A stretch of DNA of 64,000 bases, taken from an uncultured delta proteobacterium. Its GTDB lineage: Bacteria > Desulfobacterota > Binatia > Binatales > Binataceae. The notes under the pieces are model-generated. The model made no database searches and was not told the DNA's origin. It was given only the letters and a program-made list of their open reading frames with translations. The DNA lies in NCBI GenBank assembly GCA_963765675.1, contig CAVXXK010000003.1, forward strand, positions 160,001-224,000. The letters run 5' to 3'. Shown one piece after another: positions 30,312 through 39,428 of this stretch; positions within the stretch are counted from its first letter, which is position 1; each line of letters opens with the position of its first letter. The position numbers were made by a program, and so were the translations under genes.

Positions 30312-30656
30312 GTGCTGGTCGTGGAGGATGAGGATCAGGCCCGCGAATTTCTGACCGAAATACTGACCATCGAGGGTTTCACAGCGGTTGGATTTTCCAA
30401 CGGGGCCGAAGCCCTGACCTATCTGAAGACTGCGCCGACGAAGCCCAGCGTGATCGTGCTGGACATTTTGATGCCGGTCATGAATGGCAGGCAACTGCGC
30501 GCCGAGATGCTCAAAAAGAAGGAACTTGCGGAAATCCCGGTGATCGTCGTCACCGCGCTGGATCCGTCCGAGGCCCGAGATTTGAAGCCCGTACGCGTGA
30601 TACCGAAGCCGATCAACGTCGATCTGCTGATGAACGCAGTACGCGCCGCGTGCTGA
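30312..30656 (+). CDS. Single-domain response regulator (CheY-like)
   Basis: LVVEDE, VLDILMPVMNG, VTA and PKP; start may be ATG 30299. Confidence 0.87.
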   Translation: MLVVEDEDQAREFLTEILTIEGFTAVGFSNGAEALTYLKTAPTKPSVIVLDILMPVMNGRQLRAEMLKKKELAEIPVIVVTALDPSEARDLKPVRVIPKPINVDLLMNAVRAAC

Positions 30657-30799
30657 TTGATTCGCCTGCGTTCCGCACAAAGTTCGCCTTCCGTTCGTAG
30701 AATATTTCATCATTGTTAACGATCATCCGCCGATGGTATGATGCCCGTGTGGTCTTGTGCAGAGGAGGCGGGTGGAATTTGCGTTTAGCATAGTTTTAG

Positions 30800-31426
30800 A
30801 TGGCTGAATCTCCCAAATCGTCGGCGGTTTTCAATCACGCGCGAGCAACGCGCTCGGACATTGCCAAGCTCCATGTCGCTGGCGAGGTCGGGCACTTCGT
30901 CCATTTTTACGACGATGACCGTTTCGCGATCGAGAATATCGGCCGGCTGGCCAGCAGGCGGATGGCTAACGGAGATTCGGGGATATTCGTCGCGACGCCG
31001 CCGCATCTCGAGACGATCGAGCAGACGCTGTCGGCAGCCAGTGTGGACCTGAGTACTCTGCGGGCACAGGGCAGGCACGTGACGCATGACGCCGACGCGA
31101 CCTTGTCGCGGTTTATGGAAGACGGATGGCCGAATCAGGAAAAGTTTTTCGACTGCGTTGGCGGAATCGTCAGCCGGGCGATAGAGCGGAGCTCGAATCA
31201 ATCGGTCTTGATATTCGGTGAGATGGTTGCGCAGCTTTGCGCGCAGAACAATTCGGCGGCGGCAATTCGCCTCGAGTATTTGTGGAACCTGCTCGCCGGG
31301 AAATACAAATTCGCTCTGTGGTGCGCCTATCCAATGAGGATCTTCGAGAATGCTGGGGGCGCGGAAGCAATGCATCTGATCTGCGCGGAGCACTCGCTGG
31401 TAGTCCCCGCCGAAAGCCCGCTCTGA
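30800..31426 (+). CDS. Stand-alone MEDS (DcmR-like sensory) domain protein
   Basis: HFVHFYDDD, VATPPH, IFGEMVAQL, AAIRLEYLWN.L, LWCAYP and ICAEHS motifs. Confidence 0.8.
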   Translation: MAESPKSSAVFNHARATRSDIAKLHVAGEVGHFVHFYDDDRFAIENIGRLASRRMANGDSGIFVATPPHLETIEQTLSAASVDLSTLRAQGRHVTHDADATLSRFMEDGWPNQEKFFDCVGGIVSRAIERSSNQSVLIFGEMVAQLCAQNNSAAAIRLEYLWNLLAGKYKFALWCAYPMRIFENAGGAEAMHLICAEHSLVVPAESPL

Positions 31427-31488
31427 TTTTCCACCCGTCTGATTCCTTTACGCGGAGGATGTCGATTTTGTCGCAGGGCGTCCGCTGC

Positions 31489-31760
31489 TGTCATCCTGCC
31501 ATGAAAGTCGAGGAAGGCGATGAGTATCGCATTCTCAGCCGGACCTCCGGCTGTCATTTCGAGCGCTGCGCGAGAAATCCCGGGGCGTCCGTGCTCGACG
31601 CCAACACCACACGCAGAGGCCCTTCATCCGGGATTCCTCGCGCGGCAGCCACGCGCGGGAATGACAAGACCGCCGCACAAGGCTTCGTAGGGGCGGCTCG
31701 CGAGCCGCCCGTCTTCGCGCAGCCTCTCGTTACACGCTGCCTTTCGTCCCGCGTGGCGGG
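31489..31760. repeat. Composite palindromic repeat family A (~270 bp)
   Basis: Aligns over its length with the reverse complement of 63337-63604. Confidence 0.85.
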
Positions 31761-31888
31761 TCCTTCGGACCCGTGAAGATCTGAACGGACGTCCCGCCAA
31801 CGCGACTTCGTGTGCTGTCGCTTTTTTCTCTTCCGAGCGGTCGCGTCTTGCCCGCAGGCGCGCGATATGAAAATTTCATAGGCTCAGT

Positions 31889-31965
31889 GCGCCCGTAGCT
31901 CAGCGGATTAGAGCAATAGACTACGGATCTATGGGTCGGGGGTTCAAATCCCTCCGGGCGCGCCA
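31889..31965 (+). tRNA. tRNA-Arg (anticodon ACG)
   Basis: Acceptor stem gcgcccg/cgggcgc, D arm TAGCTCAGCGGATTAGAGC, anticodon loop CT-ACG-GA, T loop GTTCAAATC, encoded CCA. Confidence 0.96.
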
Positions 31966-32030
31966 CTCTCCAAATCCTCGAAAATGAACAGAACTTCAGC
32001 CAAGACACATGCGGCTCGAATTAGTGGTAG

Positions 32031-32096
32031 CTCGAACAACAGCCTGAACAACGCTCTTCTGCCCATCGCCCGACCAATCTCGTGCATCACCAGAAG
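32031..32096 (-). pseudogene. Remnant of a paralog of the 33054-33626 membrane protein 3' end
   Basis: Translates LLVMHEIGRAMGRRALFRLLFE versus FLVMQEISRAMGKGALCRLFFE at 33096-33161. Confidence 0.65.
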
Positions 32097-32124
32097 TTCG
32101 TCGAGTGCTATTAACCGCAATTTG

Positions 32125-32877
32125 TTATTGGGCGGTTGCTGCGCGCCCCTGTAGTTCGAGTAGACGGTTGGTAACCTTCTCGGCCCAATAGTTCATCGCA
32201 TTTTCAGCGTCGCCCCATTTCCATTGCGCCGCGCTGCTCAACGCGAGACCGCCGGCGCGTTTGTCGACCGCAGCTGCGAGAAGTTCGCCGCTAGAAGTAT
32301 CGGTCGCTTTCATTTCGGCTTCCGCGGAACCCACGAACGCATAGCTGCCGGTCGCGAGCGACTGCGCGGCGTTGAGGATCCGAAGCTGGGGAATCACTAC
32401 CGATACCGAGCGCAAGCCCGGCGTGGCGCCGCTCGCGTTCACCATGGCGACTTGCAATTCGAGGACCTCCGGTCCGCCCTGATCCACCAGCGTGAAATGC
32501 TTTTGCAAATCTTCCTTGAGTTTGTTGTAGAAGTATGCGGTCAGCATTTGCTGATCGGACGGCGACACTTTGCTGTTTGCACTATCCCAGAATTGAACCG
32601 GTTCGAGGAGTATCTTGTTGTACCTGCTCCATTGCGTGTTTGGGTTAATGTACACCATCGCGGCCTGGCCTTCCTTGCCCGGCTGCAACAGTGAGGCGTC
32701 CGGGCCAAAAAATCCGCTTACTGCGGGCGACGTCTGGCCGGACTCGGCCTGCTTGACCATTTCGGGCTTGCTTTGGACAGTTTGCGCGCATCCCGACGCG
32801 ACTCCAACGAGGAACAACACCGCGCCGAGAACAGTTAAGTGTCGACTTTTGAGGCGCACCGCCTGCTGAGATTTCAT
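32125..32877 (-). CDS. DUF3313-like lipoprotein
   Basis: Lipobox VASGC, SGFFG, YNKILLEPV, GELLAAAVDKRAGG and W.DA..AMNYWA. Confidence 0.75.
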   Translation of the reverse strand: MKSQQAVRLKSRHLTVLGAVLFLVGVASGCAQTVQSKPEMVKQAESGQTSPAVSGFFGPDASLLQPGKEGQAAMVYINPNTQWSRYNKILLEPVQFWDSANSKVSPSDQQMLTAYFYNKLKEDLQKHFTLVDQGGPEVLELQVAMVNASGATPGLRSVSVVIPQLRILNAAQSLATGSYAFVGSAEAEMKATDTSSGELLAAAVDKRAGGLALSSAAQWKWGDAENAMNYWAEKVTNRLLELQGRAATAQ

Positions 32878-33053
32878 TGACCTATAGCTCCCTTCTTTTT
32901 AGAGATGTTCCGCCGCCTGCGCTTCCTAATCTGAGGCGATTCGGTGACAGCCGAAATTATACCGAAATTATACTTCCGCGCAGATCAAGAACACGGTCAC
33001 GGGGCGTAACGCCAAGCCGTCGACTCGACCTCGCGCTGATCGAATTCGCATCC

Positions 33054-33626
33054 TCACTGTACTTGCGATCGCGGTCTCGAACTACCTGGCGGCGGTTCAA
33101 AAAACAGCCGGCACAACGCTCCCTTGCCCATCGCCCGACTAATCTCCTGCATCACCAGAAAAGATCCGACGGTCAAACTGATGAGCAGCACCAAGCCGAG
33201 AAAGCGATCGAGATTTGCGTTGGCAACTACGCGACTAATGCCTTCTCCAAGACTGCCCGCCTCGCGAACATAGTGGAAAATCTTCTCGCCGATCCCGAGC
33301 ACGATAACGACCAGACCATAGACAAAAGTCTTGCAAGCGATCACGACGGCGCGGCGATAGTTATCGAAGCGGTAACCGGATTGGGCCCAATCCAGCAGCG
33401 GAACGACTTTGCCCAGAATCAGCGCGGCGACTGCCGCCTTGGTGAATGCGGAGAACTCGATCTCATATTGCGAGACGAAGAGCTTGAACATCACGAAGAT
33501 GAGCAAAAACGCGATGAAGAAGAAGAGGACTACCGGCGCCATCTCGCGGATCAAACCGAGCACTCCGCCCTCGACAGACGTGGACACGCTTGAAAGCCGG
33601 CCCCGAAAAGTACGATTGGTCACCAA
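33054..33626 (-). CDS. Hypothetical integral membrane protein (about 4 TM)
   Basis: Hydrophobic segments, ALILGKVV motif; start uncertain. Confidence 0.7.
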   Translation of the reverse strand: MVTNRTFRGRLSSVSTSVEGGVLGLIREMAPVVLFFFIAFLLIFVMFKLFVSQYEIEFSAFTKAAVAALILGKVVPLLDWAQSGYRFDNYRRAVVIACKTFVYGLVVIVLGIGEKIFHYVREAGSLGEGISRVVANANLDRFLGLVLLISLTVGSFLVMQEISRAMGKGALCRLFFEPPPGSSRPRSQVQ

Positions 33627-33628
33627 AA

Positions 33629-34399
33629 CTATCGCTCCTTAGGCGTCGCCGGCAGCTTGGCGATTTCCTCTGCGAGGATCGGCACGCCCAAGTTGCATGC
33701 CTGAACACCCTGCGCGACGCATAACTTCAGCACCTCCATGATCTCTTCCATCGTCGCTCCTAGCTTGAGCGCCGCGTTGATATGACGACGTACGCCCGGC
33801 GCGTACATGTGCGTAAATGACGCGTCAAGGGCAATACTCAAAAGCTCGATAAGCTTGGGTGTCATCACCCCACTGCCGTAAAGGCCCATCCCTACCGCCA
33901 TGAATTCATCGGTCCATACCGGATCGAGTTCAAAGAAGGGATTCCATGCTTCATTCCATTGACCAACCGCCCGCATCTTATCGCACGCGGGGGTGGGCGG
34001 AAGATTCGCGTTGCGCACCGGTTTGATTCCGGCCGCTTTCACCTCTTCTAGAAGAATCGGGGCGCCTAGGCTGCACGAATGGATCGCAGGTCCGAAGGCA
34101 GCTTTAAGCGCCATCAAGATCTCTTCTCGGCTCGCACCTGCTTCGAGGGCGGCGCGAATGTGACGCCGAGTTCCGTCGGGATTGAGATTCGTACAAGAAG
34201 CGTTCAGCGCAACGCCGATTAACTCGACTGTCTTCCGCGGCAAAACACCGCTGCTCCATGGATTGGTTGACATCTTGACGCAGGTCTCTGCCCACGCTGG
34301 ATCCCAATCGCGCAGTTGCGCCAGCGCCGCGCCCCAAGGGCCTGTTTCATGCGCGCGATCGCCCGTAGATGCAGATCCAATATTATCTTTGGATGCCAT
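33629..34399 (-). CDS. Double-domain carboxymuconolactone decarboxylase / AhpD-like protein
   Basis: Two repeats ELI..AL.AS.T.L...G.RRHI.AAL..GA..EEI. Confidence 0.85.
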   Translation of the reverse strand: MASKDNIGSASTGDRAHETGPWGAALAQLRDWDPAWAETCVKMSTNPWSSGVLPRKTVELIGVALNASCTNLNPDGTRRHIRAALEAGASREEILMALKAAFGPAIHSCSLGAPILLEEVKAAGIKPVRNANLPPTPACDKMRAVGQWNEAWNPFFELDPVWTDEFMAVGMGLYGSGVMTPKLIELLSIALDASFTHMYAPGVRRHINAALKLGATMEEIMEVLKLCVAQGVQACNLGVPILAEEIAKLPATPKER

Positions 34400-34474
34400 G
34401 TCGAATTTCCTCTGTCTCGCGAAACCTCGATCAATGAGCGAGTTGGCGATTTATGCAGACGATAATCCATCTCC

Positions 34475-34780
34475 CTAGCTCACGGCGATCATAATTTTCC
34501 CATCAACGACTTTCACCGCATACGCGGCAACTCCAAAGCCACCGGTGGTTACCTGACCCGTGGTAACATCATAGCGGAGGCCGTGGGCACGACACGTCAC
34601 GATCGTGCCACTCAGCTTTCCTGCTCCGAGCGATGCTCCAGCATGAGCACATGAATCCGCGATGGCATATATATTCCCGTCCAGATTGAAGAGGGCCACG
34701 TCCTTGTCCGCAATCCTGACAACTGTGCTGGTTCCAGGTGGAATCTGATCCAGCCGCGCACCTTCAACAAAATTCGCCAT
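34475..34780 (-). CDS. Rieske [2Fe-2S] ferredoxin
   Basis: CAH...CRAH Rieske ligands. Confidence 0.9.
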   Translation of the reverse strand: MANFVEGARLDQIPPGTSTVVRIADKDVALFNLDGNIYAIADSCAHAGASLGAGKLSGTIVTCRAHGLRYDVTTGQVTTGGFGVAAYAVKVVDGKIMIAVS

Positions 34781-34971
34781 TACTCATTCCTCAGCGCAGG
34801 TATTCTCTTCATCGAACCCGCAATTCTATCCTTAATGGGAGCGGGGACTACCCCGCGAGAGCCGGGCGAAGGACGAGCAACCGAATCGGTGTGCCGCGGC
34901 AGCGTCTTCCCAGCAGGAAGACGCTGTCGTAACTGGTGGATTCCGGGTCGGAGGCAACTCGCGGACCTGTG

Positions 34972-36102
34972 CTACTTGGCAGCAAACTGCCCCGCGATGG
35001 GGTGTCCATCGGATCCGCTGACCGGCGGATGCAGTCGTCCGTCGGTCTCCTTCACGATGAAGCCCAGTTGACCTTCCTTGCGGTTGGGCGGCAGGCCCAG
35101 ATTGGCCAGCGTTTCGTCTGGGCTGTTGTACCAGGTGCCAATCTTCAGGATCTGGCGCGCTTCGTCCGCGGTTGCGACCTTGCGTCCGAGCTCCTTCGCG
35201 ATTCGTACTACCTGCTCGACCTGTTGGACCGAAGTCATACGTTCACCCTTGCGGCGCCACATATTGTCCTCGATACCGACCCGGATGTGGATGCCGAGCG
35301 CAACCGCCATGGCCGCATATGGCGGCACGGTCCGCCAAAGGGACTCGTACGTCGCGACGGAGCCGTGGGGCGAGCGACGCACCCACTCCATGAAGTCGAA
35401 GGGATTGCGGCCGCAGCCGCCGGCCCCGCCGATGGCCGTCATGGTGTGATTCAACGGCCCCATGTACACGCCGGTGCGGATGAGATGCTCTATCGCTTCG
35501 AGGGTATGGACGTGGGCCATAGCGAACATGGGCTGGACCCCGTTCTTGCGTAGGCGCTTCAGATGCTCGACGTAGAATTCGGGCGTCGCGTCAGCGACCA
35601 TGTTCTGATACGCAGCCTGCATTGCGGGAGTCGCGAGCTGCGTCCCCTGGACATCGTCCGGCGTCGTGAGGTCGAGGATGTTCATCTGCGTGGTACCTAC
35701 GACGATCGTGACTTGATCCGGTTTCGGATTGAGCTCGGTCAGCATGTGCCGCGTGTCGTAACCGAGCCAATGTGCCTTTTCGTGATCGTCGGCCGGAGCG
35801 AACGAAATAGACCCGCCGACTTGGATGATCATCTTCGGTACGGCCTTTCGCAGGCGCGCAATCTGATCGTTGAACTCGTTGAAACTTTTCGAGCCGTGGC
35901 CGGTTTTCGGATCTCTCACATGAAAGTGCAGCACCGTCGCGCCGGCGTTGTAGCAATCGACGGCCTTTTGAGTCTGTTGCTCCCAAGTTACCGGGATGTC
36001 CTCCGGGTAGTCGCTCGGCAGCCATTGCGGCCCGTACGGCGCCACTGTGATGATCAACGGCTGCTGATTTTCGGGCAATAAAGAGTCGCTCGTGAAATAC
36101 AT
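34972..36102 (-). CDS. Beta-keto acid cleavage enzyme (BKACE/DUF849) family protein
   Basis: LIITVAP.G, AGATVLHFHVRD and HIRVGIEDN...GRKVAT.DEAR. Confidence 0.88.
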   Translation of the reverse strand: MYFTSDSLLPENQQPLIITVAPYGPQWLPSDYPEDIPVTWEQQTQKAVDCYNAGATVLHFHVRDPKTGHGSKSFNEFNDQIARLRKAVPKMIIQVGGSISFAPADDHEKAHWLGYDTRHMLTELNPKPDQVTIVVGTTQMNILDLTTPDDVQGTQLATPAMQAAYQNMVADATPEFYVEHLKRLRKNGVQPMFAMAHVHTLEAIEHLIRTGVYMGPLNHTMTAIGGAGGCGRNPFDFMEWVRRSPHGSVATYESLWRTVPPYAAMAVALGIHIRVGIEDNMWRRKGERMTSVQQVEQVVRIAKELGRKVATADEARQILKIGTWYNSPDETLANLGLPPNRKEGQLGFIVKETDGRLHPPVSGSDGHPIAGQFAAK

Positions 36103-36239
36103 AGAGTTTCTCCTATTCGATAGAGTTGACGGTTTTTGGAATCTCTCGAATCACGAGGGCAAGATAATAGAAATCAGAACGGCTTGGGTTGACATAAACC
36201 GACATTGATTTAACATCCGAAGACGAAGCGGTTCTCCTC

Positions 36240-37274
36240 ATGCTTTTGGTTCGAGCAGCATCGCTAACCGGTTACGTCGAGTTGGCTGGCGCCGTGCAGC
36301 TCAATCCCTATCCGTTGCTTCAAGCGGTCGGGTTGCCACTTGCCTGCCTTCGCGACCCGGACCTGAAGATTCCGGCCGATGCGGTCCGCCAGCTCCTGGA
36401 GGACTCGGCGGAGCAGGGCCACGAAGAGAGTTTCGGACTACGGCTCGCCGAGCATCGCTTGCTGTCGAATTTGGGACCGCTGGCTCTTATCGTGCGAGAA
36501 GGCCCCACGGCCAGGAAAGCGGTCGAGGCGCTGGTCAAATACATTCGATTGCACAACGAGGCGATCAATCCTCGGATCGACGAGGAGGACGGCATCGTCA
36601 CGGTGAGACCGGAGCTCCGGCCCGAGAGGCCAGCGCCGGCGCGCCAGGCGGTCGAGTTGTCTGTAGGCGTCCTTGGCCGGACGCTCCGCACCTTCCTTGG
36701 CGATTCATGGAGGCCCCGTGCGGTCTGCTTCACTCACGGCGCGCCACGAGGTCTCTCTGTTCACAAGAGGATCTTCGGTTCGCGCGTGGAGTTCGGATGT
36801 GACTTCAACGGCATAGTGTGCAACACGGATGATCTCGAACAGCGAGTTCCGCATTCGGATCAGCTCATGGCGCGATACGTCCGCCAGTATGTCGATGCGC
36901 TTCTGATAAATCGCGATCTCAGCATGAGTGATCGAGTACGTGAGCTGCTGTGGATTCGTGTACCATCGGGTACCTATTCCCTTGAAGCTATGGCCAAACA
37001 ACTCGGGGTTAGCGGCAGAACCATAGAAAGGCAGCTCAAACAAGACGGCACCTCTTTCTCCGCTTTGCTCAATCAGGTGCGCGCCAAAATGGTCAGACAA
37101 TATGTCGAATCAGCTGGCCGCCCGCTTTACGTTATAGCCGAACTAATGGGCTTCTCCGCGCTAAGTGCATTCTCCCGATGGTTCCGGGACGAATTCGGAT
37201 GCAGCCCATCGCAATGGCGCGCGACGGCCGCCAGGCAGCGCGAGGGTGCTTCCGAATCCCGCCTCTCAGAATGA
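36240..37274 (+). CDS. AraC family transcriptional regulator
   Basis: C-terminal IAELMGFSALSAFSRWFRDEFGCSPSQWR; divergent from the BKACE gene. Confidence 0.92.
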   Translation: MLLVRAASLTGYVELAGAVQLNPYPLLQAVGLPLACLRDPDLKIPADAVRQLLEDSAEQGHEESFGLRLAEHRLLSNLGPLALIVREGPTARKAVEALVKYIRLHNEAINPRIDEEDGIVTVRPELRPERPAPARQAVELSVGVLGRTLRTFLGDSWRPRAVCFTHGAPRGLSVHKRIFGSRVEFGCDFNGIVCNTDDLEQRVPHSDQLMARYVRQYVDALLINRDLSMSDRVRELLWIRVPSGTYSLEAMAKQLGVSGRTIERQLKQDGTSFSALLNQVRAKMVRQYVESAGRPLYVIAELMGFSALSAFSRWFRDEFGCSPSQWRATAARQREGASESRLSE

Positions 37275-37291
37275 TTTCCGCGTCCGCGCGA

Positions 37292-38722
37292 TCAGTGGCG
37301 GGCTTCGGGGATCGTTACCGTGACCGAGGTGCCGACGCCGAGCTTGCTTTCGATTCGGAGTGCGCCGCGATGCAGTTGCACGATGTGCTTTACGATCGCG
37401 AGGCCCAGGCCGGTGCCGCCTAGCTCTCGCGAGCGCGCACGGTCGACGCGGTAGAAGCGCTCGGTCAGGCGCGGGACGTCACGCTCCGGAATACCCTCGC
37501 CCGTATCGGCGATTGCGAGCGCCACCGCGCCCCGCTCCGGCTCCGAGCCGTTGAGGCTCGCAGTACGGGCGGAGACGGTCACGTGGCCGTCGCGCGGAGT
37601 GTATTTGATCGCGTTGTCGAGCAGATTGACCATCACCTGATGCAGCCGATCGCGATCGCCCTCGATCTTCGGCAGCCCTTCGGGGCAATCGATCTCGAGC
37701 GATACGCCTTCGCGCCGCGCCGACTCGCGCATCAGTTCGACCGCTTCGGAGATCGCGGCCTGCGGTTCCAGCGCTTCGAAGTTGAGTGGTGAGGCGCCGC
37801 GCTCCAGGTCCGAGAGCGAAATCAGATCATCGAGTAGCCGGGCGAGGCGGCGCGCCTGACGGTCGATAATGCCGAGGAAGCGAATCTGCGTCTCCTTGTC
37901 CTCGACGCCCTGCACCAGGGTTTCGGCGTATCCGTAGAGCGCCGAGAGCGGAGTGCGCAGCTCGTGGGTCAGGTTCGAGATGAAATCCTGGCGCACGGTT
38001 TCGTACGATTTGAGCTGCGTGATGTCGTGGAAGACGAACACGCGCGCGGCGCCCTGCGAGGTTCGGACCGGCGCCGCGCTCGCGCTGACATGCCGCACGG
38101 CGGGGTTCTGGATCAGGAACTCGGCGGAACCATATTCGGCGCTGTCGGAACGGGTCGCACGCGCGACGAATTCCTGCAAGCGCGGGTCGCGGCACAGTTC
38201 GACGAAGTCGCGTCCGCGGTAGTCGATCTCGGCCTCGAGCGCGAACATCCGGCGCGCCGCACCATTGACCAGCACCACTTCGCCGCGCTGGCCCGCTACG
38301 ACGACCGCCTCGGTCATGCTGCGGAGGATCGCCTCGAACTCGTCGCGCTGCTCGGCCAGCGAATCGACCTCGTCAACGATCGCGTCGGTGGCGTCGAGCA
38401 GGCGATGCTCGGCATGGCTCATCGCGCCCCCGTCGCTCTGGAGCAGGTGCGGCGGAGGCTCGCGCGCCTCGAGCGCGGCGGCTATCGCCTCGAGCCGTTC
38501 GGCGTGGTTCTCGAATGCACCGCCGATAGTGGAAGCCAGCAGGAATCCGGCGCCCAGTCCGAGCACGATCGCGGCCAGCGCAAGCCACGCCGACACACCA
38601 CTCCACACGGTCAGAGCCGCCAACATCACGGCCGCGGGCAGCAGGCCCGCGATTACCGCGGCGAAAATCTTGAGCTTAGCGGGACTAGCCAAGCGCCTCG
38701 GGGTCGAAGCGGTAACCGACAC
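37292..38722 (-). CDS. phoR: Phosphate regulon sensor histidine kinase
   Basis: TMs, PAS, FISNLTHELRTPL and RFYRVDRARSRELGGTGLGLAIVKH; lies in the pstB-phoU-phoB operon; start uncertain. Confidence 0.88.
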   Translation of the reverse strand: MSVTASTPRRLASPAKLKIFAAVIAGLLPAAVMLAALTVWSGVSAWLALAAIVLGLGAGFLLASTIGGAFENHAERLEAIAAALEAREPPPHLLQSDGGAMSHAEHRLLDATDAIVDEVDSLAEQRDEFEAILRSMTEAVVVAGQRGEVVLVNGAARRMFALEAEIDYRGRDFVELCRDPRLQEFVARATRSDSAEYGSAEFLIQNPAVRHVSASAAPVRTSQGAARVFVFHDITQLKSYETVRQDFISNLTHELRTPLSALYGYAETLVQGVEDKETQIRFLGIIDRQARRLARLLDDLISLSDLERGASPLNFEALEPQAAISEAVELMRESARREGVSLEIDCPEGLPKIEGDRDRLHQVMVNLLDNAIKYTPRDGHVTVSARTASLNGSEPERGAVALAIADTGEGIPERDVPRLTERFYRVDRARSRELGGTGLGLAIVKHIVQLHRGALRIESKLGVGTSVTVTIPEARH

Positions 38723-39428
38723 TGCGCACGGTCAGGATCAGTTCCGGGTTGGCGTCGTCGCGCTCGATATGCTGGCGCAGCCGGCGGACATGAACGTCAA
38801 CCGTGCGCGGCTCGACGAACGTGTCGCGTCCCCAGACCATATCGAGCAGTTGCTCGCGCTCGTACACGCGCAGCGGATGCTGCACGAAAAATTTGAGCAG
38901 CTCGAACTCGCGCAGCGCCAGGTCGTGGCGCACGCCCTCGACATACACCTGGTAGGTGCCGAAATCGATCTTGAGGCGTCCGCGCTCATACACGCCTACA
39001 TCGTCGGGCGCGCTGTGTCCGGCCGCGCGGCGCAGCAACGCCTTGATCCGCGCCACGACCTCGCGCGGGCTGAACGGCTTGACCACGTAGTCGTCGGCGC
39101 CCATCTCGAGCCCGAGCACTTTGTCTACTTCGGTGCCCTTGGCGGTGAGGATCAGGATCGGAAGATGCGCGGTTTCGCGGTTCTGGCGCATCTGCCGGCA
39201 GATTTCGAGCCCCGGCATCCCGGGCAGCATCAGGTCGAGCACCAGCAAGTCGGGCGCGCGACGGCGGATCTTTTCGATCGCCTGCGGACCGTCGCCGGCC
39301 TCCTCGACGATGAAACCCTCGCGCTCGAGGTTGTAGCGGACCAGCTCGCGGATATCGGCCTCGTCCTCGACGATCAGCACGCGCGCGCGCGCGCCACGGC
39401 GTTCCTCGGCGATTGCTGGCTGGCTCAT
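38685..39428 (-). CDS. phoB: OmpR-family response regulator PhoB/PhoP
   Basis: Receiver (LDLMLP, GADDYVVKPF) plus winged helix (RTVDVHVRRLR); pho operon context. Confidence 0.88.
   Translation of the reverse strand: MSQPAIAEERRGARARVLIVEDEADIRELVRYNLEREGFIVEEAGDGPQAIEKIRRRAPDLLVLDLMLPGMPGLEICRQMRQNRETAHLPILILTAKGTEVDKVLGLEMGADDYVVKPFSPREVVARIKALLRRAAGHSAPDDVGVYERGRLKIDFGTYQVYVEGVRHDLALREFELLKFFVQHPLRVYEREQLLDMVWGRDTFVEPRTVDVHVRRLRQHIERDDANPELILTVRSVGYRFDPEALG

Noticed and set aside
37260-37292. attR copy of the tRNA-Arg 3' end, or an integrase, bounding the island
   Set aside because: No repeat of ttcaaatccctccgggcgcgcca was found by eye and no recombinase ORF is in the window
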